Assembly (NCBI GenBank): GCA_964513145.1
Contig: CAZELK010000002.1
Span: forward strand, 65,113-129,112
From: Candidatus Woesearchaeota archaeon
GTDB lineage: Archaea; Nanobdellota; Nanobdellia; SCGC-AAA011-G17; JACPIM01
DNA: 64,000 nt
Direction: 5' to 3'
The first letter of the stretch is position 1. Every line of letters begins with the position of its first letter. This document shows positions 38,710-47,951 of this stretch, piece by piece. The translations under genes were made by a program, and so were the position numbers. The notes under the pieces were generated by a model. It saw only the letters and a program-made list of their open reading frames with translations, was not told where the DNA came from and made no database searches.

Positions 38710-38879
38710 GAGAATTTTTCTTTATAAGCCCAAAAACATACAATCTTTAGTTATTAATAAATTTATAGCGAGTGTATTTTAATAAAACTAAGTATTTAAT
38801 CAATGTAATACTTATGGTGCAAAAAAGCACCAATCAGTTCTATAGAAATGTTTAAAATTCATTTAGGCAATTTAATTAA

Positions 38880-39431
38880 ATGCTGTCAAATAATGACCAA
38901 AAAGTTTTGAGTTTAATTGAAAATTTAATTAATTTGTGCTTAAGAAAGTTAAATGATTCTTATTTTGTTCAAAGTACTTTTGCAGATCTTAAAAGATTAT
39001 ATGAAAATTTAGATGACAAAGACTTAAAGTTCAATATTAAAATTAAATCTGAAGAAATTTTAACTGAAAGAAATCAAGGCAAGATTAAAAAATATCTGGA
39101 AGAACTTTTATTTATTATTTCTAAGACCATGTATATAAATAAAACTTACTTGGATGTGCCTTTAGATGATGAGCATGTAGGAAGAAGTAATGATTATAAA
39201 AATGACTGCAGAAGATATATTGCTTTTGAAAAAAATATAAATGAGATGGAAAATAGAATTCTAACTTCTTCAGTTTATCAGAAGAAACTGCATGAATTTC
39301 TTAAAGAAGGCAATTGGAAAAATTATTATCATGCCAGATTAACTGATAATTTAAGAATAATTTTTAGATGGGATAAGGAAAATAAAAAAGTAAAATTTGA
39401 AGCTATAGTTACTCATGATGAAATTTACTAA
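38880..39431 (+). CDS. Unknown N-terminal domain fused to RelE/YafQ-like mRNA interferase domain
   Basis: C-terminal KLHEFLKEGNWKNYYHARLTDNLRIIF...AIVTHDEIY matches RelE-superfamily pattern. Confidence 0.6.
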   Translation: MLSNNDQKVLSLIENLINLCLRKLNDSYFVQSTFADLKRLYENLDDKDLKFNIKIKSEEILTERNQGKIKKYLEELLFIISKTMYINKTYLDVPLDDEHVGRSNDYKNDCRRYIAFEKNINEMENRILTSSVYQKKLHEFLKEGNWKNYYHARLTDNLRIIFRWDKENKKVKFEAIVTHDEIY

Positions 39432-39949
39432 TGGTTTTTTATTGTATATTTTATATGTTCTTTTACAAAATTATAAATTTCATCGAAATTTGGAACTGAT
39501 ATGTTTGTTGAAACAAGAGTGTTTTTCTCGTCTGCTTGAGACCATAATTCTTTTTTTGTTAATGTTCTTGCAATATCCAAATCTAAAGTTTTTAAAAAAC
39601 CCACGCTTTCTTCAAAATATGCCTTTCTTATTTGATAACCAAGCATTAATTTCCAAGAATCTCTTAATTCTTGATTATGTCTGAAATTAAAACTTTCATC
39701 CCCATTGAAACCAAGAATTTCTGTATCTTCTGGATCTTCTGAAGTTTCTTTTTCCCAAAAATCATATTCTAATCTATAAAACAAGCCTACAAATTTAGCG
39801 TGGAATCTCTCTCCATAAACTTTCTTTCTTCTTTCTTCTGCCAATCTATGAAAAATATCTTCTAATTTTAATCTGTCTTTTGGACTAGGAACTAACATGG
39901 GACTATCTTTCTTTCTTGAGTTCATAAGTTTTATGAATTTTTTTGACAT
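39428..39949 (-). CDS. Hypothetical protein
   Basis: 173 aa ORF, no recognisable motif. Confidence 0.55.
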   Translation of the reverse strand: MSKKFIKLMNSRKKDSPMLVPSPKDRLKLEDIFHRLAEERRKKVYGERFHAKFVGLFYRLEYDFWEKETSEDPEDTEILGFNGDESFNFRHNQELRDSWKLMLGYQIRKAYFEESVGFLKTLDLDIARTLTKKELWSQADEKNTLVSTNISVPNFDEIYNFVKEHIKYTIKNH

Positions 39950-39955
39950 TTTATT

Positions 39956-40828
39956 TTAATTCTCTAGGAATCTTTTAATCCAGTTTTTATGTCTATTGGA
40001 AATTAATTTTAAGTATTCTTTTTCTTTTCTCTCTTTTTCATTATCATCTCCTGATTCAATAGAAAATCTAACTGTATCTAAGAAATCATTATAATCTTTT
40101 ATATTTTTTTCACCAATAAATCTTGCTAAATAAGTTCTTTGCATTTCATCTCTATGAATTACTTGTTCATTTTCTAACCTATCAAAAAGAACATCACTAT
40201 ATTTGCCTCCCCGCATATTAATATGTTCTAGTCTATCAGCTTCTGCCTTGCCTTCAAAAAAACGTGTACTTAAGAAGACATTTGTATCTCTGGAAATTTT
40301 TTCTTTAGATATTTTAACTGCTTTTTTCAAAACTTCTTCGGGAATATTTTTTCTTTTAAAAAAATCTGCATATTGAGAGAATATTCCAGGTAAATAATCT
40401 TCCAATGTTAAAATAAATGCTTTTTCTTTGGGGGATTTCTCATTTTGTTCTGCTAATTTAGCCCTATTTAAGGCAAAATTTCTTAAAAATAAATCTTTTG
40501 CAGGTTCGGTAATTTGCTCATTATATTCTATCCTATTTTTTGACGATAAGAATTTACCCATAAACATTTTATAAGTTGCTTCTATAGTGCCATTAATTGA
40601 ACTTGTTATGTCTTTTATACATTCTTTTATTTCTTCTAATTCTAGGTAAGAAGGGCCAAATTTAGATTTTATTCCTTCTTTAGAAATGTCTTCTTTTAGC
40701 TTGTGTTCTAAATTTAAAGATCCTTCAGTTTCTTTTACTAAATGAAGAGCTGATTTACTACCTATGTAATATTGGGTTTTTAATTGTTTTACAGCTTCCA
40801 ATTTAGCTTTTAATTTTTCTTTATCCAT
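39956..40828 (-). CDS. Hypothetical charged helical protein
   Basis: 290 aa ORF, no recognisable motif. Confidence 0.6.
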   Translation of the reverse strand: MDKEKLKAKLEAVKQLKTQYYIGSKSALHLVKETEGSLNLEHKLKEDISKEGIKSKFGPSYLELEEIKECIKDITSSINGTIEATYKMFMGKFLSSKNRIEYNEQITEPAKDLFLRNFALNRAKLAEQNEKSPKEKAFILTLEDYLPGIFSQYADFFKRKNIPEEVLKKAVKISKEKISRDTNVFLSTRFFEGKAEADRLEHINMRGGKYSDVLFDRLENEQVIHRDEMQRTYLARFIGEKNIKDYNDFLDTVRFSIESGDDNEKERKEKEYLKLISNRHKNWIKRFLEN

Positions 40829-40941
40829 TAGAAATTTTTAATTTTTAACTATTATTAAATCTTTCTGTTTTTATTACTTATAAGTGTATACAATTTTAGT
40901 AAAACAGCAAACTAGCAGGGACAAAAGCAATGTTTATAAAC

Positions 40942-40969
40942 TAAACTTTTATAAAAAGTTTAATCAAAA
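40942..40969 (+). repeat. Dispersed hairpin-tail element upstream of rpoD (plus degenerate copy at ~40985-41003)
   Basis: TAAACTTTTATAAAAAGTTTAATCAAAA. Confidence 0.8.
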
Positions 40970-41006
40970 TGCTTCATATCTTGGAAGCTTTTCATAAAAG
41001 GTTCAA

Positions 41007-41786
41007 ATGAATGTTCAATTATTAGACAAACAGGAAAACAGCTTAAAGTTTGTATTTAAGGGTATAAATTCAGTCATAGCTAACACAATAAGAAGACTAA
41101 TAATTAATGAAGTTCCTGTAATGGCTATTGAAACTGTTGAATTTAATAAAAATAATTCTGCTTTATATGATGAGACTGTTGCACACAGGATGGGGCTAAT
41201 TCCATTAACAACTGATTTAAAATCTTATAATCTGCCTAAAGACTGCAAATGCGAAGGAAAAGGCTGTCAAAACTGCCAATTAAAATTAGTTTTAAAAGCT
41301 AAAGGACCTTGTACTGTTTATTCTTCTGAACTAAAATCACAAGATCCAAAAGTAAAACCAGTTTATGATAAAATTCCAATTGTAATTTTATTGAAAGAAC
41401 AGGAATTAGTTTTAGAGGCAACTGCTATTTTGGGCAAAGGATTGGAACATATGAAATTTAGTCCTGGCTTAGTTGTTTATATGGGTTATCCGGAATTTAT
41501 TATAAAACAAAACAGCAAAATCAAGGAATTTATTGAACAATGCCCAAAAGGCTTATGCAAAGCTGATGGAAAGAAAATTGAAATAATTGATATTTTAAAA
41601 TGGAATGAAGCTTGTTTTGATTATGCAAAAGAGAACAATATTGATGTTAAATTAAGTGAAGAAGATTTTATTTTCGAAATAGAATCTTGGGGACAATTAA
41701 GTACAAAAGAAATGTTAATAAATGCGTTAAAGACTTTTGATGAAAAATTAGAAGAATTTAATAAATTAATAAAAAAGGTTAAATAA
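41007..41786 (+). CDS. rpoD: RNA polymerase subunit Rpo3 (D)
   Basis: ANTIRR..INEVP.MAI, NNSALYDETVAHRMGLIPL. Confidence 0.95.
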   Translation: MNVQLLDKQENSLKFVFKGINSVIANTIRRLIINEVPVMAIETVEFNKNNSALYDETVAHRMGLIPLTTDLKSYNLPKDCKCEGKGCQNCQLKLVLKAKGPCTVYSSELKSQDPKVKPVYDKIPIVILLKEQELVLEATAILGKGLEHMKFSPGLVVYMGYPEFIIKQNSKIKEFIEQCPKGLCKADGKKIEIIDILKWNEACFDYAKENNIDVKLSEEDFIFEIESWGQLSTKEMLINALKTFDEKLEEFNKLIKKVK

Positions 41787-41849
41787 GAAAACCCTTTTGA
41801 GAAAAGCGTTTACGGAAAAAACGAAGAAAATTCACTAAATTAAAATAAA

Positions 41850-42200
41850 ATGAAAAAAATTACAAAAACAAACAATTTGTTGCTGGAATTAGTTACAGAA
41901 CTAAAGAAAACAAGTACAAGCAAGAAAGCAAAAATCTGGAAAGTTATTGCTGAAGAATTATTAAAACCAACTAGAAAAATGAGGGAAGTTAATATTGATA
42001 AAATCAACAGACTAACTAAAGAAAATGAAGTCATAGTAGTGCCTGGTAAAGTTTTGGGCAATGGTAATTTAGACCATAAAGTTACAGTATCAGCTTTTAA
42101 TTTTTCAGAAAGTGCAAAGAAGAAATTAAGTAATGTTTTAAGCATACAAGATTTAATGAAAAAAAATCCCAAAGGCAGCGGAGTAAGAATAATTGCGTAA
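41850..42200 (+). CDS. rpl18e: 50S ribosomal protein eL18
   Basis: REVNIDKINR, VVPGKVLG.G. Confidence 0.95.
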   Translation: MKKITKTNNLLLELVTELKKTSTSKKAKIWKVIAEELLKPTRKMREVNIDKINRLTKENEVIVVPGKVLGNGNLDHKVTVSAFNFSESAKKKLSNVLSIQDLMKKNPKGSGVRIIA

Positions 42201-42228
42201 GCTTTAGAAAAAAATTTAAAAAAATAAA

Positions 42229-42525
42229 ATGAGACAAAAAAGTTCAACAAACGAAAGAATTAGATTAAGAGAATTGGAGATGTTAGCAAAAAAAAGTGCA
42301 GGAGAATATTCAAAACTTATAGGACACTTTTTTAGATATGATTTAATTTGTATTGGATTTGAAAAATGGAGGGAATGTTTAGATTGTGGGCATTTTAAAC
42401 AAGTCGGTGATTTATTCTATCATAGATCATCAAATTTTAAAGATTTATATTGTCAAAAACGAAGCATAGATCTAGCAAAAGAAAAAGGAACTTTTAATCC
42501 TTTCTATGCGGAGAAAATTGAATAA
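42229..42525 (+). CDS. Hypothetical protein inserted between rpl18e and rpl13
   Basis: 98 aa ORF with CLDC; ends just before rpl13 start. Confidence 0.5.
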   Translation: MRQKSSTNERIRLRELEMLAKKSAGEYSKLIGHFFRYDLICIGFEKWRECLDCGHFKQVGDLFYHRSSNFKDLYCQKRSIDLAKEKGTFNPFYAEKIE

Positions 42526-42526
42526 A

Positions 42527-42955
42527 ATGATAATAGATGCAAAAGATTTGGTATTAGGAAGACTGGCTAGTTTTAGCGCTAAACAAGCTTTGTTAGGAGA
42601 AGAAGTTACTATAATAAATGTTGAAAAAGCTGTAATTAGCGGAAGCAAAGAAGATGTTTTAGCCAAATATAAATGGAGAGATAATTTGGGCGAACCTTTT
42701 AAAGGACCTTTTATGCCAAAAATACCAATGAAATTTGTTAAAAGAGTTATAAGGGGAATGTTGTCTTATAAAAAAGGAAGGGGAAAAGAAGCGTTTAAAA
42801 GAATTAAATGCTATCCAGGAAATCCAATGAATGTCAATGGCGTAACTTTAGAAAAAGCCAAATCAACAAAATTAAATAAGAGTAATTACATAACTGTAGA
42901 TGAACTTTGCAAAGAATTAAAAAACAAAGGAAAACCAGCAAAGAAAGCTTTTTAG
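42527..42955 (+). CDS. rpl13: 50S ribosomal protein uL13
   Basis: MIIDAKDLVLGRLAS, NVEKAVISG, KRVIRGML; start reassigned to 42527. Confidence 0.95.
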   Translation: MIIDAKDLVLGRLASFSAKQALLGEEVTIINVEKAVISGSKEDVLAKYKWRDNLGEPFKGPFMPKIPMKFVKRVIRGMLSYKKGRGKEAFKRIKCYPGNPMNVNGVTLEKAKSTKLNKSNYITVDELCKELKNKGKPAKKAF

Positions 42956-42976
42956 AAAAAAGCTTTAACAAAAAAC
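42944..42976 (+). repeat. Dispersed hairpin-tail element overlapping rpl13 C-terminus/stop
   Basis: AAAGCTTTTTAGAAAAAAGCTTTAACAAAAAAC. Confidence 0.8.
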
Positions 42977-43060
42977 AGATAAGAAAGAGTTTTATCAAAG
43001 GATTTTTTTACTGAGCCTTACCAAAAACTTTAAAAAAGTCTGTTGAAAATTTAAGATAAA

Positions 43061-43477
43061 ATGACAGAGAAAAAAACCAAAGAAACAAAGGTTATTCAAA
43101 CATCTGGAAAAAGAAAGAGAGCTATAGCCAGGGTAACTTTGAAATCTGGAAAAGGATTAGTGAGAATAAATCATTTACTTTTAGACCATTATCAACCAGA
43201 AATTTCAAGACTAAGAATACAAGAGCCTTTATTTTTGGCTGGAGAAATTGCAAAAAAAGTTGACATTAATGTCACTGTTTCTGGCGGCGGATTTAATGCA
43301 CAAGCTGATGCTTGCAGAACTGGTGTTGGAAAAGCATTAGCACAATTTAACCCATCTTTGAAAAAAACATTTTTAGAATATGACAGAGCACTTTTAGTTT
43401 CAGATATACGTATGGCTGAAGCGAGTAAACCAAACGATTCTAAACCAAGAAAAGCACGACAAAAAAGCTATCGCTGA
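43061..43477 (+). CDS. rps9: 30S ribosomal protein uS9
   Basis: GKRKRAIAR, V.GGGFNAQADA, QKSYR. Confidence 0.95.
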   Translation: MTEKKTKETKVIQTSGKRKRAIARVTLKSGKGLVRINHLLLDHYQPEISRLRIQEPLFLAGEIAKKVDINVTVSGGGFNAQADACRTGVGKALAQFNPSLKKTFLEYDRALLVSDIRMAEASKPNDSKPRKARQKSYR

Positions 43478-43531
43478 TGTGTGATGTTTTATGCTTTTGA
43501 AGCTTTTAAATTTTTTAGAAATATTTAAATA

Positions 43532-44143
43532 ATGTATTTTATACATAATATTATGGTATTAATACATAATACAATTGATAAAGTTTTAAGTTTATTATTA
43601 TATAATAAAACAAAAGAATTTACTATTCGAGAAATTTCTAAAAAGATTAATGTTGATTATAAAACTGTTTATTTAATTACGCAGGGACTTATAAAGAATA
43701 AAGTAATTACAGCAAAAAAAATGGGACAAACTACTTTATGCTTAATTAATCAAAAAGAATTTAGTTCAGATATTTTTAAAGCTGAATTAATAAGAAGAGA
43801 GAATCTATTAAATAATAAGAATTTTTATTCCTTATATAATTATTTTAAAGAAATTAAAGAACCTTTTTTTATACTATTATTATTTGGGTCTTATGCTAGT
43901 GGAAATCAAACAAAAAAATCTGATATTGATTTAATGTTAATTACTGAGAATAATTCTATAGAGAAACAAATAAAAAATTTAATATCTATTATTCCTTTAA
44001 ATATACATTTACTAAATTTTACTTCTAAAGAATTTCTTTCTATGTTAAAGACTACAGAATTTAATATTGGTAAAGAGGTCTTTAGAAATAATATTATTTT
44101 ATTCGGAATTGAAGATTATTATAGATTAATTCAAAATGCTTGA
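43532..44143 (+). CDS. HTH-fused minimal nucleotidyltransferase (MNT antitoxin-like)
   Basis: N-terminal TIREISKKI HTH; FGSYASGNQTKKSDID = GS-x10-DxD. Confidence 0.85.
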   Translation: MYFIHNIMVLIHNTIDKVLSLLLYNKTKEFTIREISKKINVDYKTVYLITQGLIKNKVITAKKMGQTTLCLINQKEFSSDIFKAELIRRENLLNNKNFYSLYNYFKEIKEPFFILLLFGSYASGNQTKKSDIDLMLITENNSIEKQIKNLISIIPLNIHLLNFTSKEFLSMLKTTEFNIGKEVFRNNIILFGIEDYYRLIQNA

Positions 44144-44666
44144 AGATAAGAGAATAAAAGAAGCACAGGAAAATATAAAGAAAAATCTTGAAGATGGTCT
44201 TATTCTGAAATACAAAACTTTTAACCCAAATATATCTGAAACTTATAATAGAAATTATATAGAATCTATTAAATTGGCAGAAGAAATTTTTAAACAAAAT
44301 TTATCAAATTTATGGGTTATTGTTGTCTCTTATTATTCTATGTATTATATCGCTAATGCGGTTTTATATAGATTAGGATATAAAATTGGAACTAAAATAA
44401 GCCATAAAATAACATCAGATGCTTTGATTGTTTTTGTTAGAAATAAATTAAAAAAAGAATTATTAGAAAAATATGAGACAGCAAAAGAAGAAGCTTTAGA
44501 GATTGAAGGAAAAAGAGCTGATGAAATTATTGAACATTTTCACAAAGAACTAGAAAAAAGATCTATTTTTCAATATGAATCTACAGAAGAGATTAAAAAA
44601 GCGAAGGCTGAAACTTCTCTTAAAAGATCTAAAGAATTTATTTTTGAGATGAAAAAATTATTATAG
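44136..44666 (+). CDS. HEPN domain protein (partner of upstream MNT)
   Basis: SYYSMYYIANAVL..SH; KRSIFQY; overlaps MNT stop. Confidence 0.8.
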   Translation: MLEDKRIKEAQENIKKNLEDGLILKYKTFNPNISETYNRNYIESIKLAEEIFKQNLSNLWVIVVSYYSMYYIANAVLYRLGYKIGTKISHKITSDALIVFVRNKLKKELLEKYETAKEEALEIEGKRADEIIEHFHKELEKRSIFQYESTEEIKKAKAETSLKRSKEFIFEMKKLL

Positions 44667-44831
44667 TTTTCTTAGCTAATTTTTTAAATCCTTAATGTTA
44701 TAAAATTTAATCAATGAAGGAAAATTTTTCAAGAAATTTATTTTTAATTTACCACTCGCGTGTGCATCTATAGATGTGTTCAAATATTTATGTCGGTGAT
44801 TATATATAGCCCCATTTTTATTTTCTGTTAA

Positions 44832-46136
44832 TTAACCAGAGTTTTTAAATTTTTTTAATAATATTCTCTCCAGAATTATTCCGACTAATATTAATAATAT
44901 CCCACTTAAAATTATTTTTAACTGCAAATTAATTATAAAAAATACTGACGAGATCATCCCCAATAAACCAGTTATTGGAAAATTATAAATATTTAACGGA
45001 GCTTTAAATTTCCTTTTTATATTTGGCTTTTTGTACCTTAAAATTATTAATGATAAATTTACAAAGAAAAATGTCAAGTAAATTGTAAAGTTAGTTATGC
45101 TGGCAACTATTTCTATATTTCCTATTAACACAAAAATTAGTGATAAAATTACAGTTGATATTATAGCAATATACGGGGTTCTATTTTTAGACAATCGGGA
45201 AAATATCTCTAATTTTTTAATGTCTTTTCCAACACCATATAACATTCTTGAGGTAGCCAATATTATCAACAAGCTTGTTGTAAATGTTGATAATAAAGCT
45301 ATAATGCTTATTATTATAGAATACTCCTTTCCTAAAATCTGATTAACTACGTCTGCTAACGGGGCTTTTGATTTTGACAGGGTTTCATAACCTAAAACAG
45401 AAACTGCAGACAAAGAAACTAAAATATATATTATTGTGGCAATTAAGATTGATGAAATTAAGGCTATAGGAATTACTTTTTTTGCGTTTTTTGTTTCTTC
45501 TGACAGTTTAACCAAGCCTTCAAAACCAATGTATGCGAAAAATATTAATGAGGCTCCACTAAATATGCCTGAAATTCCTTTCGGAGATTCCAAATAATTG
45601 ACAGAACCAAAATATTTTAGTGAGATAATTATTATGAATAACATACCTAAAATCTGCAAACCTGTAAATATTATATTAAAGTATGATGAATCTTTAATAC
45701 CCATTAGGTTAACTATCCCCAAAATTATCAATAATAAAATTGCAAAAGGTATTATGTAAGTGTAATTGATTAATGAACTTAAATAACCTGCAAACCCCAA
45801 TGCAACAGTTGAGGCTGAAATTGCCCCGCCTAAAAGTATTGTGTAACCAATTAGAAAAGCTAATTTTTTATTAAATGTATTTTCTACATAAATATATTCA
45901 GAACCATCTTCAGGATATAATGAGTTTAGTTCTGCATAACTAAATCCTGTTAATAATGCCAATAATGCTGAAATAATAAAAGAAATCCATACTGAATTAC
46001 CTGCCAAACCTGCTGCAGGTCCTAACAAGACAAAAATCCCAGCACCAACTATTATTCCGACACCACAAGCTATTGCCTGTATTAAACCTAAGTCTTTTCT
46101 TAATGTTAATTTCTTTATATGGTGTTTATGCCTCAT
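44832..46136 (-). CDS. APC-family amino acid permease
   Basis: IVGAGIF, SYAEL, FFAYIGFE, AEETKN-like, SRMLYG. Confidence 0.9.
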   Translation of the reverse strand: MRHKHHIKKLTLRKDLGLIQAIACGVGIIVGAGIFVLLGPAAGLAGNSVWISFIISALLALLTGFSYAELNSLYPEDGSEYIYVENTFNKKLAFLIGYTILLGGAISASTVALGFAGYLSSLINYTYIIPFAILLLIILGIVNLMGIKDSSYFNIIFTGLQILGMLFIIIISLKYFGSVNYLESPKGISGIFSGASLIFFAYIGFEGLVKLSEETKNAKKVIPIALISSILIATIIYILVSLSAVSVLGYETLSKSKAPLADVVNQILGKEYSIIISIIALLSTFTTSLLIILATSRMLYGVGKDIKKLEIFSRLSKNRTPYIAIISTVILSLIFVLIGNIEIVASITNFTIYLTFFFVNLSLIILRYKKPNIKRKFKAPLNIYNFPITGLLGMISSVFFIINLQLKIILSGILLILVGIILERILLKKFKNSG

Positions 46137-46212
46137 TTTTTAAGTAATTATTTGATTTGGTTATTAATTAACTTTTTGAAATCCAAAAGTTTTATTTACT
46201 TAAATTATTTAA

Positions 46213-46575
46213 ATGACTTTTATGTCGAATATTCAAGAGAAAAAATATCTGTATAATTTAGGTTATCATACTTACGAAGAGAGCATGTATAATCAACTTT
46301 ATCATAATAAGAAATTTACAAAAGAAGAATTTGAGGAGTTAGTTATAAAAATCATTTTGAAAATATTAAGTACTCATAAACATAAACGTGTTTCTTATCA
46401 AGATATTCATTTTGAAGTTTTTGAAGAGCTTATTAATAATTTTGGATTTAAAGAAGTTGAATTTGAAGGAGAGTTTAGTGTATTTGGGTGGGCTAATCTT
46501 TTAGATAAAACTGATTGGAAACGTGATTGCGATGAAACTTTGGAAAAAATCAGAAGTAAAATTCTTAATCTTTAA
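46213..46575 (+). CDS. Hypothetical protein
   Basis: 120 aa ORF, no recognisable motif. Confidence 0.55.
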   Translation: MTFMSNIQEKKYLYNLGYHTYEESMYNQLYHNKKFTKEEFEELVIKIILKILSTHKHKRVSYQDIHFEVFEELINNFGFKEVEFEGEFSVFGWANLLDKTDWKRDCDETLEKIRSKILNL

Positions 46576-46743
46576 ACAAAAAAATTATGCTGATTATTCT
46601 TACATTTAATGCTTAAATAACTTAGTTATTTCTACAAAAGTTGTAATATTTATTAAGTTATAAAATCTGACAACTCTTAAATTGTTATCATTATATATAT
46701 CAATTTTTTGTCTACCAAAACATTTATATATATGTTTACTTAA

Positions 46744-46761
46744 TTCAAACAATTGTTTGAA
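46744..46761. promoter_or_regulatory. Perfect 18-bp palindrome before HTH-MNT start (likely autoregulatory operator)
   Basis: TTCAAACAATTGTTTGAA between TATA (TTTATATATA) and ATG. Confidence 0.6.
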
Positions 46762-46763
46762 AA

Positions 46764-47363
46764 ATGAAAACTATTTTTAAACCAGCAATTTGGAAGATAT
46801 TAAAATTATTTTATGAAAATAAGAATAAACCTATTCACCTTAGAGAAATCTCTCGTTTAGTGAAATTAAATGAGAGCACGATCTCAAGACATTTGAATAA
46901 CTTAATAAAAATGGATATTTTAAAAGCATTAACTGATGGAAACTTAAAAAAATTTTATGTAAATAAAAAGCATATACCTGACTTATTTCCTTTATTTGAT
47001 TCTGAAAAATTAGAATCTTTACCTATTCTAAGAAGAGATGCTATAAAACTATATCTCTCTAAAATAGAAAAAAAACCGGTTTTTTTAATTGTTTTCGGTT
47101 CAACAGCTAAAGGTAATTTTAACAAAGAATCAGATTTGGATTTATTAGAGATAATTTATACAAAAAATAGTAATGAAAAAGCCAAAGCATATGTTGAGGC
47201 TCAAACAGGAATTAAACTTCAAATTTTTAGAATAAGAGAGATACAATTTTATAAAGAATTAAGACTAAAAAATGACCGGGTTGTTCAAGCAGCTTTAGAA
47301 ACTGGTTTTCCTGTCTTTAATGGAAAATATTTTTATGAAGGGGTATTTAATGAAAGAAAATGA
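46764..47363 (+). CDS. HTH-fused minimal nucleotidyltransferase (MNT antitoxin-like)
   Basis: IHLREISRLV HTH; FGSTAKGNFNKESDLD = GS-x10-DxD. Confidence 0.85.
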   Translation: MKTIFKPAIWKILKLFYENKNKPIHLREISRLVKLNESTISRHLNNLIKMDILKALTDGNLKKFYVNKKHIPDLFPLFDSEKLESLPILRRDAIKLYLSKIEKKPVFLIVFGSTAKGNFNKESDLDLLEIIYTKNSNEKAKAYVEAQTGIKLQIFRIREIQFYKELRLKNDRVVQAALETGFPVFNGKYFYEGVFNERK

Positions 47364-47898
47364 ACTTATTAAAATCTTAAATGATAATGAAGGATTAAAC
47401 AATAAGATAAAGTTTTTTCTAAAAATAAAAAAATTAAGAAAACAAACTCTTAATGAGCAGGAACTGAGAGGACATATTGAAAAAGCAGAGCATAATCTTA
47501 ATTTTGTTAAAGATACTCTGGATAAAGAATATTCTGACTGGGCTATTGTTGGTTGTTATTATTCAATTTATCATATAGCTTTAGCACTTATTTTAATTAA
47601 AGGATATTACTCTAAAAATCATGATGCCACTTTATGTACTTTGATAAAAGAATATTATAAAAAAGAATTAACTGAAGAAGAAATTAAAATGTTGAATATT
47701 ATATATTTGGATAATGAAGATATTTTATTTTATGCTAATTCAAAAGACCAAAGAGAAAATGCCTCTTATTCAACTCAAATATCTTTTGACAAGAAATCTA
47801 TAGAAAGTTTAAGAGAGAAAACTTTATTATTCGTAAGAAAAGCTAATGATATAATTAATAAAAATACTGATTTTATTAATACGGGCTTAAATAAGTGA
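47350..47898 (+). CDS. HEPN domain protein (partner of upstream MNT)
   Basis: HIEKAEHNL, WAIVGCYYSIYH, SKNHDAT, QRENASY; start reassigned. Confidence 0.85.
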   Translation: MKENELIKILNDNEGLNNKIKFFLKIKKLRKQTLNEQELRGHIEKAEHNLNFVKDTLDKEYSDWAIVGCYYSIYHIALALILIKGYYSKNHDATLCTLIKEYYKKELTEEEIKMLNIIYLDNEDILFYANSKDQRENASYSTQISFDKKSIESLREKTLLFVRKANDIINKNTDFINTGLNK

Positions 47899-47921
47899 GA
47901 ATATATAAAAAAAGAGGTCAA

Positions 47922-47948
47922 TAAACTTTAAAAAAGTTTAATCAAAAA
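47922..47948 (+). repeat. Dispersed hairpin-tail element abutting start of Cys-rich paralog 1
   Basis: TAAACTTTAAAAAAGTTTAATCAAAAA. Confidence 0.8.
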
Positions 47949-47951
47949 AAG

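Noticed and set aside
33290-41000. Island as a prophage or integrative element
   Set aside because: No integrase, transposase, capsid or replication gene and no attachment-site repeats seen
34671-44760. CACTCGCG seen in two intergenic regions (~34671, ~44753)
   Set aside because: Only 8 bp and two copies; flanks do not align convincingly
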